Positions 27,582 to 38,276 of a stretch of DNA of 64,000 nt are shown here, in pieces (position 1 is the stretch's first letter; every line of letters starts with the position of its first letter). The stretch lies in the IMG/VR virus record IMGVR_UViG_3300033067_000817. One strand, given 5' to 3'. The translations under genes and the position numbers were made by a program. This stretch comes from a virus. The notes under the pieces were generated by a model. That model saw nothing but the letters and a program-made list of their open reading frames with translations, ran no database searches and was not told the origin of the DNA.

Positions 27582-27663
27582 AAATGAGCTGGCTAATGTA
27601 GTCTGTTTGTTGCATTGTCCATTTCTTTTTTTGACTCTTTCCGTAACATACTTAGGAACAAAC

Positions 27664-28503
27664 ATGGAACTTGTTAAAGACACTCCGTACAAAAAGCAAT
27701 TTAATCCGCTTCACCCAATGTGCCCGTTCGAGCGAGAGCTCAAGGATGGACACTATATCTCCACTAACAAGTGGAAGCCCGGCTTCGAATGGATCGAACA
27801 AGATCCTACTACTGTCGCATTCGAGATCCCGAAAGGGACGGCTTGTGGTTATGACATTCTACAAAATGAGAAGAATGGCAGCAAAGCTAGAATGATGATG
27901 GCCTTCAGCCGTAGAATGTACGGATTGGAGCCGGGATCTCTTCTATCGGCTATCACAATGTGGAGCCAAGACAAGTTCTTTTCCCTTCCTAATAGGAACG
28001 AAGTCGGCACGCACTTCGGTATTGCTACGAGAGACAGATTCGGGTATAATAGATTCTATACTTTGGAAGCCCTTAAGTCCAAAGTTCGTTGTACTCAGTT
28101 CAATCACCAAAAGAAAGCTGATGGGACTCCGTATCCTAAGGATCCTACTGCTATTTCTATATGGCTAAAGGAAGACTTAAGAAGCAGAATGGACGAAGCT
28201 TTTTCTGACTTCTCAAACGCTAAAAACAATTATCCCTATGGGATAACTACTGTCTCTGAACAAGATCGCCCTTATGGCATCATGTTCACAAACAAAGAAG
28301 GTAGATACGCTAGAGTCACTTGTGACATGTTCGATTGGTTCTATAACCCTGAGCCTACTCTCTCGGTTCTCGAACTAAACAAGAAGGAAGAACGAAGAGA
28401 AGCCAGAAGAGCTAGATGGAATTCTTTGAGTGTCGAAGAGCAAGAAAGAATCAAAGCCGAATCCAAGCGAAGATCCGCAGAAGCGATCACAGCTCCGAGA
28501 TAA
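27664..28503 (+). CDS. hypothetical protein with basic C-terminus
   Basis: Start set at MELVKD (a plausible RBS precedes it). C-terminal KKEERREARRARW..KRRSAEA. Confidence 0.4.
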   Translation: MELVKDTPYKKQFNPLHPMCPFERELKDGHYISTNKWKPGFEWIEQDPTTVAFEIPKGTACGYDILQNEKNGSKARMMMAFSRRMYGLEPGSLLSAITMWSQDKFFSLPNRNEVGTHFGIATRDRFGYNRFYTLEALKSKVRCTQFNHQKKADGTPYPKDPTAISIWLKEDLRSRMDEAFSDFSNAKNNYPYGITTVSEQDRPYGIMFTNKEGRYARVTCDMFDWFYNPEPTLSVLELNKKEERREARRARWNSLSVEEQERIKAESKRRSAEAITAPR

Positions 28504-28874
28504 CTGCTGTTGGATTAAATGTGTAACGAAACCAGACCTCTTTTTCCGGTCTGTTGGTTTCTGTGACAAACATTGGAAAGAATATCTAGAGTTAAAAGAT
28601 CAAAAGACTGGATTGCTAAATGTCGTTCATAGCGAATGTCGAAACATTTTACAAGATAAGATTCAGGAAAGCACCGACGTCAGTATCCCACCTGTTTAGT
28701 GTCCCGGAAGAAGATCCGAAAGATCACGTCTTTGAATGTGTAGCAGGTAATGACGTAGAATACTTCATAGTTACTCAAGGTCCTCAATCTTTGATCGTTC
28801 GTTTGGCAGACGAATCTGAAAAAGAATTCATCAAAAAGGGCACTCTGCCCAGTCCGGGAGTGGAAGGCTAGGAA

Positions 28875-29414
28875 ATGCAAAAGAATTCGTTCGGTGGGTA
28901 CTTTAGTGTCGTGGGTGTAAAAACTCCGGTCCCTAATGAAAAGGGCAAATTCAACGTTACCGCTACGTTAATCTCTCAAGTTGGATCTATATTCAACACT
29001 GAGACTAACAAATACGAACAAGAAGTCCGCGAAGTAGACGTCTTGTTTGTTGACCTAAGTGAAAAGCACTTACGGATTATTGCTCCGAATTCAGAGATAT
29101 TCATCAACGGTGGCAATGTCATATCCTATAGAAGCCCCTGGTCTTATGATAGCAATAAGTTCCAAGAGCTATTGAACGACAAAGATCCTAGCAGCCCTAA
29201 GACCAATAGAGAGCATATGATTCAAAAGATCATGAACTCTCTGAAGGTTACGCTGCCCGACGACAATCACGAAGATATCCAAAGAGAACTTAATATTGCT
29301 ATTCAGTTCGACAGAAGAGTCACGATCGTTCGTTGCAAGCCCAGTGACTGGTCCCTTCAGGCGAATCCTGCACAAGTCAGTGCGGGTGTGAAAGTCGAAA
29401 GTTTGGAAGACTAG
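28875..29414 (+). CDS. hypothetical protein
   Basis: 179-aa ORF in the operon array. Confidence 0.35.
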   Translation: MQKNSFGGYFSVVGVKTPVPNEKGKFNVTATLISQVGSIFNTETNKYEQEVREVDVLFVDLSEKHLRIIAPNSEIFINGGNVISYRSPWSYDSNKFQELLNDKDPSSPKTNREHMIQKIMNSLKVTLPDDNHEDIQRELNIAIQFDRRVTIVRCKPSDWSLQANPAQVSAGVKVESLED

Positions 29415-29858
29415 ATGATTTGCTATGATCCTAGAATCATTAAGATTTGTGAAGAGCTATTAAGCTTTCTTAAGTCTGATGATGAAGAAAGGACCATACA
29501 CAGAGTCCTTGTCAAGAAACAGAAACGAGAATCCAGCTCGTTTGCTGAGATAGAGATAGGGTTTATAACAGTGCGGCTGGTTTATAAACCTTTGACGATC
29601 GTTAACAACTCTGAAGTAGGATCTAGCGAAGGTGGCAGTGTCTTCATATACCTTCCATTCAGTGAGAATGGTGGTAAGTTTGACACTAAGATCGAGATCA
29701 AAGCCTACTATAGTGAACGTGGTAACGATAAAAAACTGACAGCTAATGTCTCTAATGAGTACAGAAGCTCCAGTGTTGGACCTAAGAGAGTTGTACACAA
29801 CGTACAAGTGTCTACAACAGACCCGACCAAGATTGTAGGCCTGCCAAGCCTAGACTGA
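29415..29858 (+). CDS. hypothetical protein
   Basis: 147-aa ORF. Starts 1 nt after the upstream stop. Confidence 0.35.
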   Translation: MICYDPRIIKICEELLSFLKSDDEERTIHRVLVKKQKRESSSFAEIEIGFITVRLVYKPLTIVNNSEVGSSEGGSVFIYLPFSENGGKFDTKIEIKAYYSERGNDKKLTANVSNEYRSSSVGPKRVVHNVQVSTTDPTKIVGLPSLD

Positions 29859-29870
29859 CCGGAGTATCCT

Positions 29871-31460
29871 ATGCCCGATCAAAAGACTGCCCCAAAAGCA
29901 GTCACGTTGCGTCATATTGTTCTTACTAATGAAGTCAAAAACACCGGATCCATTATCAAGCTAGACAAGATTCCCATTGCTGATACTGTTCTTAGTCCTG
30001 AGTTTCAAAAGTATGGTGGAGTTATATCCTTCAATGGTATAACTGTTTATGACAACTGGAAGAATGTGATTAAAGGAATAGAAGTCCCGCCTGTTCCTAT
30101 CACTTTCGAGATGTCTGACAACTCCATTGCTATCCTACATCCGATAGCTGTTAGAGCTAATCACGTAGCAAAAACACTACATGATGTCAAGACTAACGAG
30201 AAGACAGTAGTTCACCTTCAGCGTTCTGTTCAGCAGTACTACAAGGAACTATGCTCTACATTGTTCGGTAAAGGTGGGATCTTTAATAGATCTATCTTAG
30301 GTCCTAGACTCAAGAGCAGCTTCAGAGCTGTCATCATTCCGGGTGTCTACAACAAAGACATCATGGGTGAGTCATACACTTGGGTTGGCATACCTGGTGT
30401 CATATTTGACAAACTCAAGATGTCTGAAGGCGACTTAGTAATTATCGGTAGAGATCCTACTATTTGGATGGGCTCTATCGAATTACTACACGCTTATCGG
30501 GTTGATCACAACGCTATTGAGATTCACCCGATCATTCTTCCTCAGCTTGGTGGTGACCACGATGGTGACCAATGTTGGGGTTTCTATCCTAAACAAGACT
30601 TAGTCAAGGATCAAGAAGTTGCAGGATTCACAAGAAAACACGCTAAGTGGGGAAAAAACTTCAACGACGAACAAGATGTCACTGACATTGACTTTGGAAA
30701 CTTCGGGGCTGACGAGAGAGCAAGAATTAGAACTACGGGACTCTCTGTCGGACCACTTGAAATCCTACGTGAGGAACATAAAGGGCCCATTCTATCGGAC
30801 ATTATTTCCTCTGGTCTTGACAGGGTACTCGACTATTGTTCTAAAGGAAAGCGAAACCGAGGTAAAGTCTCTAATACAGATGAACTTCGAGACATCGCAA
30901 AAACACTTTCTGTCGATGACTGGAAACTCCACGCCGAAATGATCAACCTAGCCCAAGTGGCTATGAAGATCTATATGGGCCCTGTAGGCTTACTAGCACT
31001 AAGACTACTTATCATTGGACATGCTCACCCTGAAGTCCAAGAGTCTGCTCACATGCTTGCAGAGCGTTGTGCACAGGGTCTCCTTGATGCTAAGCACTTG
31101 ACGTATGAGCAAGCTGCTAACTTCAAACCAGCCGAGATCTTCAAGATCTTGAATCTAGAAATCCCTGAATTAGATACTGCTGAAAAGATTCTCAAAGCTA
31201 TTCAAGAGATTATTCCTTGTGATAATGCTTCATTGCCTATAATACAACACATACTTAATGACTCTAGAGGAGTTAAAAAGATGTGCCAAGAATTATTCCC
31301 ACTGTTTGAGGGTATTACCTCAACAGCCGATTTAGATCAAAATGGTTATATGCCAGAGTGTGTATTGAATAACGATTTCCCAGTTGCTGATGATATCGTT
31401 ACTTATGCATTCGTGGAAGGTTTAAAATGTTCGACCACGACGCTAATGACGAAGCCCTAG
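29871..31460 (+). CDS. multisubunit RNA polymerase beta-prime-like fragment (catalytic DxDGD region)
   Basis: RDPTIWMGSIELLHAYRVDHNAIEIHPIILPQLGGDHDGDQ is collinear with bacterial beta-prime [42 protein letters not shown]. Confidence 0.65.
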   Translation: MPDQKTAPKAVTLRHIVLTNEVKNTGSIIKLDKIPIADTVLSPEFQKYGGVISFNGITVYDNWKNVIKGIEVPPVPITFEMSDNSIAILHPIAVRANHVAKTLHDVKTNEKTVVHLQRSVQQYYKELCSTLFGKGGIFNRSILGPRLKSSFRAVIIPGVYNKDIMGESYTWVGIPGVIFDKLKMSEGDLVIIGRDPTIWMGSIELLHAYRVDHNAIEIHPIILPQLGGDHDGDQCWGFYPKQDLVKDQEVAGFTRKHAKWGKNFNDEQDVTDIDFGNFGADERARIRTTGLSVGPLEILREEHKGPILSDIISSGLDRVLDYCSKGKRNRGKVSNTDELRDIAKTLSVDDWKLHAEMINLAQVAMKIYMGPVGLLALRLLIIGHAHPEVQESAHMLAERCAQGLLDAKHLTYEQAANFKPAEIFKILNLEIPELDTAEKILKAIQEIIPCDNASLPIIQHILNDSRGVKKMCQELFPLFEGITSTADLDQNGYMPECVLNNDFPVADDIVTYAFVEGLKCSTTTLMTKP

Positions 31461-31742
31461 AAAAGGCATTGCTCACTATAAGAGCTAACAACACTGTTAA
31501 AGCTGAAGAAGAAAAGCTTATACCCGAACATGTTAAACTAGGGTATATAGAGCTAAACGCAGTTGACTTAAGGTCTGTAACAGGAGAAGCAGTCCAGATT
31601 TATCTTTATTACACAACGATTTCTAATCTAGAAAGCTATTCTGGTAAAGTACATACAAATGTATTTGAAGAGCTAGATCAGAGCACAAGAAAGACTAGAT
31701 TACTTATTGATGGTACTCTAATAGTGACTCCTGATATGCCCT

Positions 31743-32387
31743 ATGCTAGATTTGTGGAAGACAGCATATCACAAGTCTTTAAAAAGATCAAAGAAGCTAA
31801 AGACTATGCAGACAGCCACTAATTGCACTACACTAGAAGAGCTCAAGAAATGTGCTGATGCATGTAATCTTTGTGAGATATCAAAGAACAGAACTCAAGC
31901 CGTTTTTAGCAACAAAGCTAATAAGCCTTGCAAAATTATGTTCATTGGTGAAGCACCAGGTTTTAATGAAGACATAGATGGTGAGCCGTTTACTGGTGAG
32001 TCCGGTCAAATGCTTACTAGAATGATTACCAATGGTCTTAAGCTCACCCGTGATGATATATACCTAGCTAATATACTCAAATGTAGGCCTCCCGATAATC
32101 GGGAGCCTTCTCCTGAAGAGACTGCCAATTGCACACCGTGGCTAGACAGACAAATTGAGCTTGTCGACCCTAGGATTATCTTCACTTTAGGTAATCATGC
32201 TACGAAGCATGTACTCAAAACAAAAGTAGGCATCAGTAAGTTACGAGGTACGATAATTCCGCAAGGCAATAGAATAATTGCCCCGCTGTATCATCCAGCT
32301 TATCTACTTCGTAATCCTGATGCAAAATCCCAATTCTGGGAAGATGTACAACGAGCAATAGCTTACAATGAAGTACCAGTCGTCTAA
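31743..32387 (+). CDS. udg: uracil-DNA glycosylase, family 4
   Basis: GEAPG motif (FIGEAPGFNED), PFTGESGQML, and the HPAYLLRNP HPS/A-type motif B. Confidence 0.75.
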   Translation: MLDLWKTAYHKSLKRSKKLKTMQTATNCTTLEELKKCADACNLCEISKNRTQAVFSNKANKPCKIMFIGEAPGFNEDIDGEPFTGESGQMLTRMITNGLKLTRDDIYLANILKCRPPDNREPSPEETANCTPWLDRQIELVDPRIIFTLGNHATKHVLKTKVGISKLRGTIIPQGNRIIAPLYHPAYLLRNPDAKSQFWEDVQRAIAYNEVPVV

Positions 32388-32651
32388 TACGAAAAAATCT
32401 ATACTAAAGTCTCTCAAACGTAAGAGACTTTGGATAACTTACTTCAGCGTGGTATTTATACCAGTTGTTGGTATAACATTGGCATTCTCAGCAATAAGAA
32501 TGCTAAATGAAGACAGTGACATAGCTATGTATGGTGGAATCATTGTTGCTTTGTCAGCAGTGTTTTGGACACTATACAGCATCAATAAAGTGATTAACAC
32601 AATCACGGACCTTCAAAAGCAAATCGACAAACAAGAGAGCAAAACCAAACT

Positions 32652-33608
32652 ATGAAAAGAATCCTCACGCTTCTAGCAATCTTTCTTTTTGCCAGCTGCA
32701 CCAGAGTCAAGCCTGGTTGGGTTGGTATCGTAGTCAACAACTCGGGCACTGCTCGTGGTGTTCAAGACTATCCTGTGAGAGTTGGCCGTGTTTGGTACAA
32801 CCCTTTCAATGAAGATGTCTATGAGTTCCCTACGTTCAGCCAGAACGTGAAGTGGACTGCCACGCTTGGTGATGATGGTACTGACGATAGCATTACCTTT
32901 AACTCTATTGAAGGTATGAAGATCAACACTGATGTTGCTCTTAGCTATTCGATCAATGGTGATGACGTTCCCAAGATCTTCGTCAAGTTCCGCAATGGGC
33001 ACATTGATGAGATTACCCATAAGTACGTCAAAAACAAGATCCAAGAGGCTTTTGTTCTTCATGCTTCTCACATGACTATCAATGATATCATAGGTCCTAG
33101 AAAGCAAGAGCTTATTGAAGAATCTATGAAGACGATTAGAAAAGAATTCGAAAATAGCGGCTTTATCTTCGATACTATCTCTTTCGTTGGCGATATGAGA
33201 CTTCCTGAGTCTATTGTTCAGTCTATCAACGCTACTGCTACCGCTTATCAAGCTGCTATTGCTGCTCAAAACAAAGTCAAATTGGCTACTGCTGAGGCTG
33301 ATCAGGCTATTCAAACTGCTCGTGGTCGTGCCGAGTCTAATAAGGCTGAAGCTGCCGCAGAAGGTGAAGCTATTAAGTCTAGAGCCAATGCACAAGCAGA
33401 AGCTAATCTTGCTATAGCAAAAGCTGAAGCTGATGCCATCCTTGTCAAGGCAAGAGCACAAGCTGAGTCTAATAGACTACTAGCTGCTTCTACCACTCCA
33501 GAGCTTATCAATTACACTACTATCACTAAGTGGAACGGACAGATGCCGACCTTTATGGGTGGCAATGGTGTTACTCCTTTCATTGACCTAAGCAAGGTTG
33601 CTAAGTAA
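32652..33608 (+). CDS. SPFH/band-7 (stomatin/prohibitin/HflKC-like) lipoprotein
   Basis: Lipoprotein-like signal MKRILTLLAIFLFASC, SPFH core, and a C-terminal Ala/Glu-rich coiled coil (AEAAAEGEAIKSRANAQAEANLAIAKAEADAILVKARAQAE). Confidence 0.7.
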   Translation: MKRILTLLAIFLFASCTRVKPGWVGIVVNNSGTARGVQDYPVRVGRVWYNPFNEDVYEFPTFSQNVKWTATLGDDGTDDSITFNSIEGMKINTDVALSYSINGDDVPKIFVKFRNGHIDEITHKYVKNKIQEAFVLHASHMTINDIIGPRKQELIEESMKTIRKEFENSGFIFDTISFVGDMRLPESIVQSINATATAYQAAIAAQNKVKLATAEADQAIQTARGRAESNKAEAAAEGEAIKSRANAQAEANLAIAKAEADAILVKARAQAESNRLLAASTTPELINYTTITKWNGQMPTFMGGNGVTPFIDLSKVAK

Positions 33609-34148
33609 TAATGTGGTTAAAAGAACTGTTTTGTATTCATGACTTTGGCAACAGTAGAAGAGTCAAAACATTTCCACCCCTTACAGAAGAACAGTTAATA
33701 GCTCTTTACCATGATCATACATTCAAAAGGGTCAGCAAAAAAGAGCTATACGGATATACTTTATACATTTATGAATGCAAAAAATGTGACAAAGTAAAGC
33801 AGAGAGAGGAACTAGGATGGCAGGCCAGATCTTCCTAATCTTTATGTAGCATTGCTAGTTATAATGCTAGGCATCGGACTTTTTACTGGGTACCAAGTAG
33901 GGCAATCTGGTGCCCATGAAGCTGCTATAAAAGAAGGTCATGCTTATTATAAGTTTGACCAAAAGACTGGCAAAACTACTTTCATTTGGGGAGATCAAAA
34001 ATGACTAACACATTAAAAGGATGGTGGATTGGAATAGAAGATGATCTATCTCATTATTATCATAATAGCAGTAATTACCCAATCTGTAAAATGATAAGCA
34101 CAGAGTACGGTGTCACAGTTAAAGATGCTCCGGTAAGACGAGGAGAGT

Positions 34149-36029
34149 ATGGTGGCAGACCTGACAAGTTCTGCGAAGTGTGTAAAACACTTGGAAAGAA
34201 GCCTTGGAATAATGAGCAATTCGAAACAAGAGATCCTCGACGACATAGCCTGGAGTAAGATGAAGCCGCTTGGTATGACTACCACGCTTCAGGCTAGAGT
34301 TCCCTTAAAAGGTAACGTCATGGAGACCGTTTACCTTGCCCTACATCATACTGGCAATAAAAAGCATGCAGAGATCGAGATAGTTGTCCCTATCTTTAGT
34401 GATAACGTTATTCACTGGAGAAACTCAAAGAAAGCACTGTTGTACCTAGGAGATATCCTAGTTGACTCTGATTTCCAAATATCTATGGATATGAAGGAAG
34501 AGTCAGAGCGTATGGAGGTTCACTATACTACTCCATATCAGACTGCTATCAAGAGCATAGAGACGGCTCTAGGTCATGCACTAAGAAACTGGTTCTATGG
34601 ACAAGACCCGGAGATACAGCATGATACCGTGCAGCTTCAAATTGATGCTTGGTTTGCTAATGGCCCGGAATGGCGGGTTTTAAAGCTATCACCTATTGCA
34701 CAAGAAGATCAAAACAATGGTATCATTATCAAATCTAATCAGCTGATTACTTCCCACGCAGAGAGACTAAAAGCTCGCATATTCAACCCTGAACTCTGGT
34801 CTACTATTGACCTCAACTCTACCTCCATAGGTGAGTATGTCAATGAGTCCTTCAGACTATCCAATGGAGCCTCTATACAGGGCCCTGAGGTGATTCCTAG
34901 CCCCAAGAACGAGTTCTACTGCAAAGTCCTGGCTAAACACGCTATAGGCCTTGGTATGAACCCCAAGAGGGCTTATACCCTTAGGAACATATACGAGCAG
35001 ACAGTTGACCTAGTTAACACTGAAGACCCTATTGTTACTAGATACGAACCTGATGAGAAAGTCAAGCTTAATGGTGTCAATCTTCTGACTGCATTGATGC
35101 ACCTTGAGCATCATACTTATGAAGATGGTATAGCCATTTCTCAACGTGCTGCTAGATTAATGAAAGCTAGTCGCATTATTGTTCAGCTTATTGAATCTGA
35201 CTTGCCGGTTACTTGCCTAGTAGAGCCTGGTGATAGTGTTGATAGCAATTCAGTTATTGCTCTCGATGGTGAGCATCATGTACTTGCTAGTAAGTTGATT
35301 TTCCCAGGTATTGTTGAGGCTGTTGAGATTTTCCAAGGTAAGCGGTTTGGTATCATAACCAATAGATGCTGGATAAAGTATCGTAGCTTCTATCCTATGG
35401 AAAATGGAGATAAGATCTCCAACAGACACGGCGGCAAGGGTGTCATAACCATCATACCTGATAAGGACATGCCGTGGTGTCCTGATACTGGGCAGCAGAT
35501 TGATATCTGCATTGGCCCTGAGTCTGTTATCAACAGAAAAGCAATGAGTGTCATGTGGGAAATGATGCTCTGCAAAAGACAATGGCAAGAGCTAAGAGGT
35601 CAAAGACCTACTAAGCAAATCAAAGTTCCTTTGACTGTTGAAGTTGATGGCAAAGTGACTTGGCCTACTGACGATGATCATAACTTTGAGAAGTTGGCAC
35701 ATCAGTATGGACAGAAATTACCTCTAGTGTACAAGGGACAACAACTTCCTGAGCTAGTGTTCTTTGGTCACATGTTCTGGATGAGACTTGACAAGTTCTC
35801 TAGAGAAATAGTGTCAGCAGTTGGCAACAAGAAGAAGACCAATAGCTTCGGTGCTACTATAGACAATGCAAAGTTGTCTGGTCAAAGATGCAATCTCGCT
35901 AAGATACTAGCCATGACCGGACGCAACATGGGTGTTTTGCCCTATGATGTCATAGACTCCAATATGAGTGGTAGAAGATTCTTTACAAATCTCGTACACT
36001 CAATAAGAAACGAATCTTTCCATGAGTGA
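34149..36029 (+). CDS. multisubunit RNA polymerase beta-like fragment (C-terminal half)
   Basis: NRHGGKGVITIIPDKDMPWCPDTGQQIDICIGPESVINRKAMSVMWEMM is collinear with the bacterial beta block [41 protein letters not shown]. Confidence 0.7.
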   Translation: MVADLTSSAKCVKHLERSLGIMSNSKQEILDDIAWSKMKPLGMTTTLQARVPLKGNVMETVYLALHHTGNKKHAEIEIVVPIFSDNVIHWRNSKKALLYLGDILVDSDFQISMDMKEESERMEVHYTTPYQTAIKSIETALGHALRNWFYGQDPEIQHDTVQLQIDAWFANGPEWRVLKLSPIAQEDQNNGIIIKSNQLITSHAERLKARIFNPELWSTIDLNSTSIGEYVNESFRLSNGASIQGPEVIPSPKNEFYCKVLAKHAIGLGMNPKRAYTLRNIYEQTVDLVNTEDPIVTRYEPDEKVKLNGVNLLTALMHLEHHTYEDGIAISQRAARLMKASRIIVQLIESDLPVTCLVEPGDSVDSNSVIALDGEHHVLASKLIFPGIVEAVEIFQGKRFGIITNRCWIKYRSFYPMENGDKISNRHGGKGVITIIPDKDMPWCPDTGQQIDICIGPESVINRKAMSVMWEMMLCKRQWQELRGQRPTKQIKVPLTVEVDGKVTWPTDDDHNFEKLAHQYGQKLPLVYKGQQLPELVFFGHMFWMRLDKFSREIVSAVGNKKKTNSFGATIDNAKLSGQRCNLAKILAMTGRNMGVLPYDVIDSNMSGRRFFTNLVHSIRNESFHE

Positions 36030-37263
36030 TGAACTTAATGTACTATTTACAATACCTATCAATAAGCTAGGCTTTGGAATGTTCTCTTTAGGAGTGATTA
36101 AAGCTCTTCAAGATGCAAACATGAAAATAGGCATTATACCTATTAATGCTAACTTAGATCCAGATCTAAACGAAATCCTAGAAGATATAGAGTATAATAA
36201 AGAAGAATTTCAAGCTTTATTAGACAATGGTAAGGATCTTAATTTTATCAAAGAAGCTAGCCATAATATCGTGATCTGGCATCCACAAGGATGTGATACT
36301 TATCTACAAAAAGATAAAATCAATATATTATGGACTCACTTTGAGACCACATATTTAAGTGATAAAACAATACACTCTGTATCTTTGTTTGATAAGATAT
36401 TAGTTTGCTCACACGCTGCAGAAATAATACTAAATAGCTTAGTAGGCAATAAAACTATATCACTATATGGGCCAGTAATACCAGCTTATTTAGACTATAA
36501 GCCTAGTCCACTAACTATTATAGGCTCTATTAATCAATTTATAGATACCGAGAATAGAGCTATATGTGTATCATCAGGCAAGTGGGAAAAAAGGAAAAAC
36601 CACATGATGATCGTAGATAGCTTTGTAGAAAATAGTGGTATACTCTTAGGCGTATGGAGTAACCCATTCACAGGTGGACTCAAAGAACCAATAGAATACC
36701 TTACATTACATGGGTGGTATGCAGTTGGTCAGTTTATGTTTGAAGGCTCTAAAGAGCCAGCTACGGTATTCAAAAACAAACATAATAAACAGTCAGCAAT
36801 AGTAATGTTCCCTTACATCAAGAGATATAGGGATGTACTAAGGCTATTTAAGACAGGTCATATATATATTGCCATCTCGTCAGGTGAAGGATGGGATATG
36901 CCCGCTGTAGAGGCATCTTCACTTGGTTTACTATGTATATTGTCAAATAACACTGCTCATGAGCTATATGACTCTTATCAAGCAATAGGCAATCCAACAC
37001 AACTTGACATAATTAGCTCAGTGCCATGTAGAAGAAAGCTAGCTATTGATGGAAAATGGTTTCATGGAGAAGGCTACTGGTGGGAACCACATGAAGCAAG
37101 CTACAACCAAATTTTAGCATTTTCTATTGAAACTGCAGAGAATGCTATTAAGAAAAATGACCTTAGCATCGTACCACTTAGGGTAATAAGAACACTAAAC
37201 GCAATGACACTGTTGCTAGATATAGATAAGATTCTATGGGACTCCAAGAGATCGAAGACTTAA
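36022..37263 (+). CDS. hypothetical protein
   Basis: 413-aa ORF, start overlapping the RNAP fragment stop. No motif recognised. Confidence 0.4.
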   Translation: MSDELNVLFTIPINKLGFGMFSLGVIKALQDANMKIGIIPINANLDPDLNEILEDIEYNKEEFQALLDNGKDLNFIKEASHNIVIWHPQGCDTYLQKDKINILWTHFETTYLSDKTIHSVSLFDKILVCSHAAEIILNSLVGNKTISLYGPVIPAYLDYKPSPLTIIGSINQFIDTENRAICVSSGKWEKRKNHMMIVDSFVENSGILLGVWSNPFTGGLKEPIEYLTLHGWYAVGQFMFEGSKEPATVFKNKHNKQSAIVMFPYIKRYRDVLRLFKTGHIYIAISSGEGWDMPAVEASSLGLLCILSNNTAHELYDSYQAIGNPTQLDIISSVPCRRKLAIDGKWFHGEGYWWEPHEASYNQILAFSIETAENAIKKNDLSIVPLRVIRTLNAMTLLLDIDKILWDSKRSKT

Positions 37264-37736
37264 TTAACCGATACGGGGCTATTGGTAAAGGACTAGACAA
37301 TGCAGAGGCATTGCTTATTCTGTCAGCTCCAATTGGCAAAGACACAATACTAGATCCTAAGTCTGAAGAAGCCAATATTCTATCAGCTATATGGAACAAG
37401 CTTGGTATAGATCGTGATAACTGGTTTATTACTTTTCCTACTGATAATAACCAGCGTTTATGCGATATCACTAAATTGATTTCTCCTAAGATAGTAGTTT
37501 GTTGTGGTGCACAAGCTTTGAAAGCATTTGTTGGCCCATCAGTTGCTGAATCTATTAAAGACAAGGGTAAGTTGGTTGTTGATTGTCCATACGTTATATG
37601 GTATACTTATGACATAAGTATGTATGTAGCAAACAAAGCTGCATATCCTAAAGAGGCAGTTACAATAGCTGCCAATATGATGAGACACTGGCAGGATATT
37701 AAGAAGGATTTAGATAGTGTCTTAGGTTTCGTATGA
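37236..37736 (+). CDS. divergent UDG-superfamily-like protein (tentative)
   Basis: ILSAPIGKDT, LGIDRDNWFITFP and ISPKIVVCCGAQALKAF are collinear with the family-4 UDG at 31743 (GEAPGFNED, LKLTRDDIYLANI, VDPRIIFTLGNHATKHV). Catalytic motifs degenerate. Confidence 0.35.
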   Translation: MGLQEIEDLINRYGAIGKGLDNAEALLILSAPIGKDTILDPKSEEANILSAIWNKLGIDRDNWFITFPTDNNQRLCDITKLISPKIVVCCGAQALKAFVGPSVAESIKDKGKLVVDCPYVIWYTYDISMYVANKAAYPKEAVTIAANMMRHWQDIKKDLDSVLGFV

Positions 37737-38276
37737 GATTTTACATATATGATGAATTTGTTATTGAGATTAGCGATACGTCATATATAACAGATGACAT
37801 ATGGGAACAGATAAAGCATTTACCTAAACAAGACCTGAAAGTGACCGTGTCAATATTAAGGACATTTTCACAGCATAGTTGCAAAGTTATAATATGAATT
37901 TAAAGAATAAAACCCTAGAAGACATGGCCAAGCGAGTTTTAGGCAAGCCAGAGACTACACAAGAAGAGCTTTTAACGCTATTCAATATTGATCTTAGAAT
38001 GATTCCTGATCAATTAGTAGTATCTGCTGCAGAAACTAGACAAGTACGTCAATACGAATCAAATAACTATCACTGCTCTTTGTCGTATGACTTGTCAAGT
38101 CTTAAGCAATACATAGTTGATGAAGTTGCCAAAGCTGATGACAAGGATAAAGTCGAAGTCTTTGTTAACTTGAAAAAGTCAACTTTGCAGATGATATCTG
38201 ACAAGTATGCTAAGACTGAAGATTACCTTAGAGGTATGATTCAAAAACAAGAAGCAGAGGATGGGATTAAACGATA

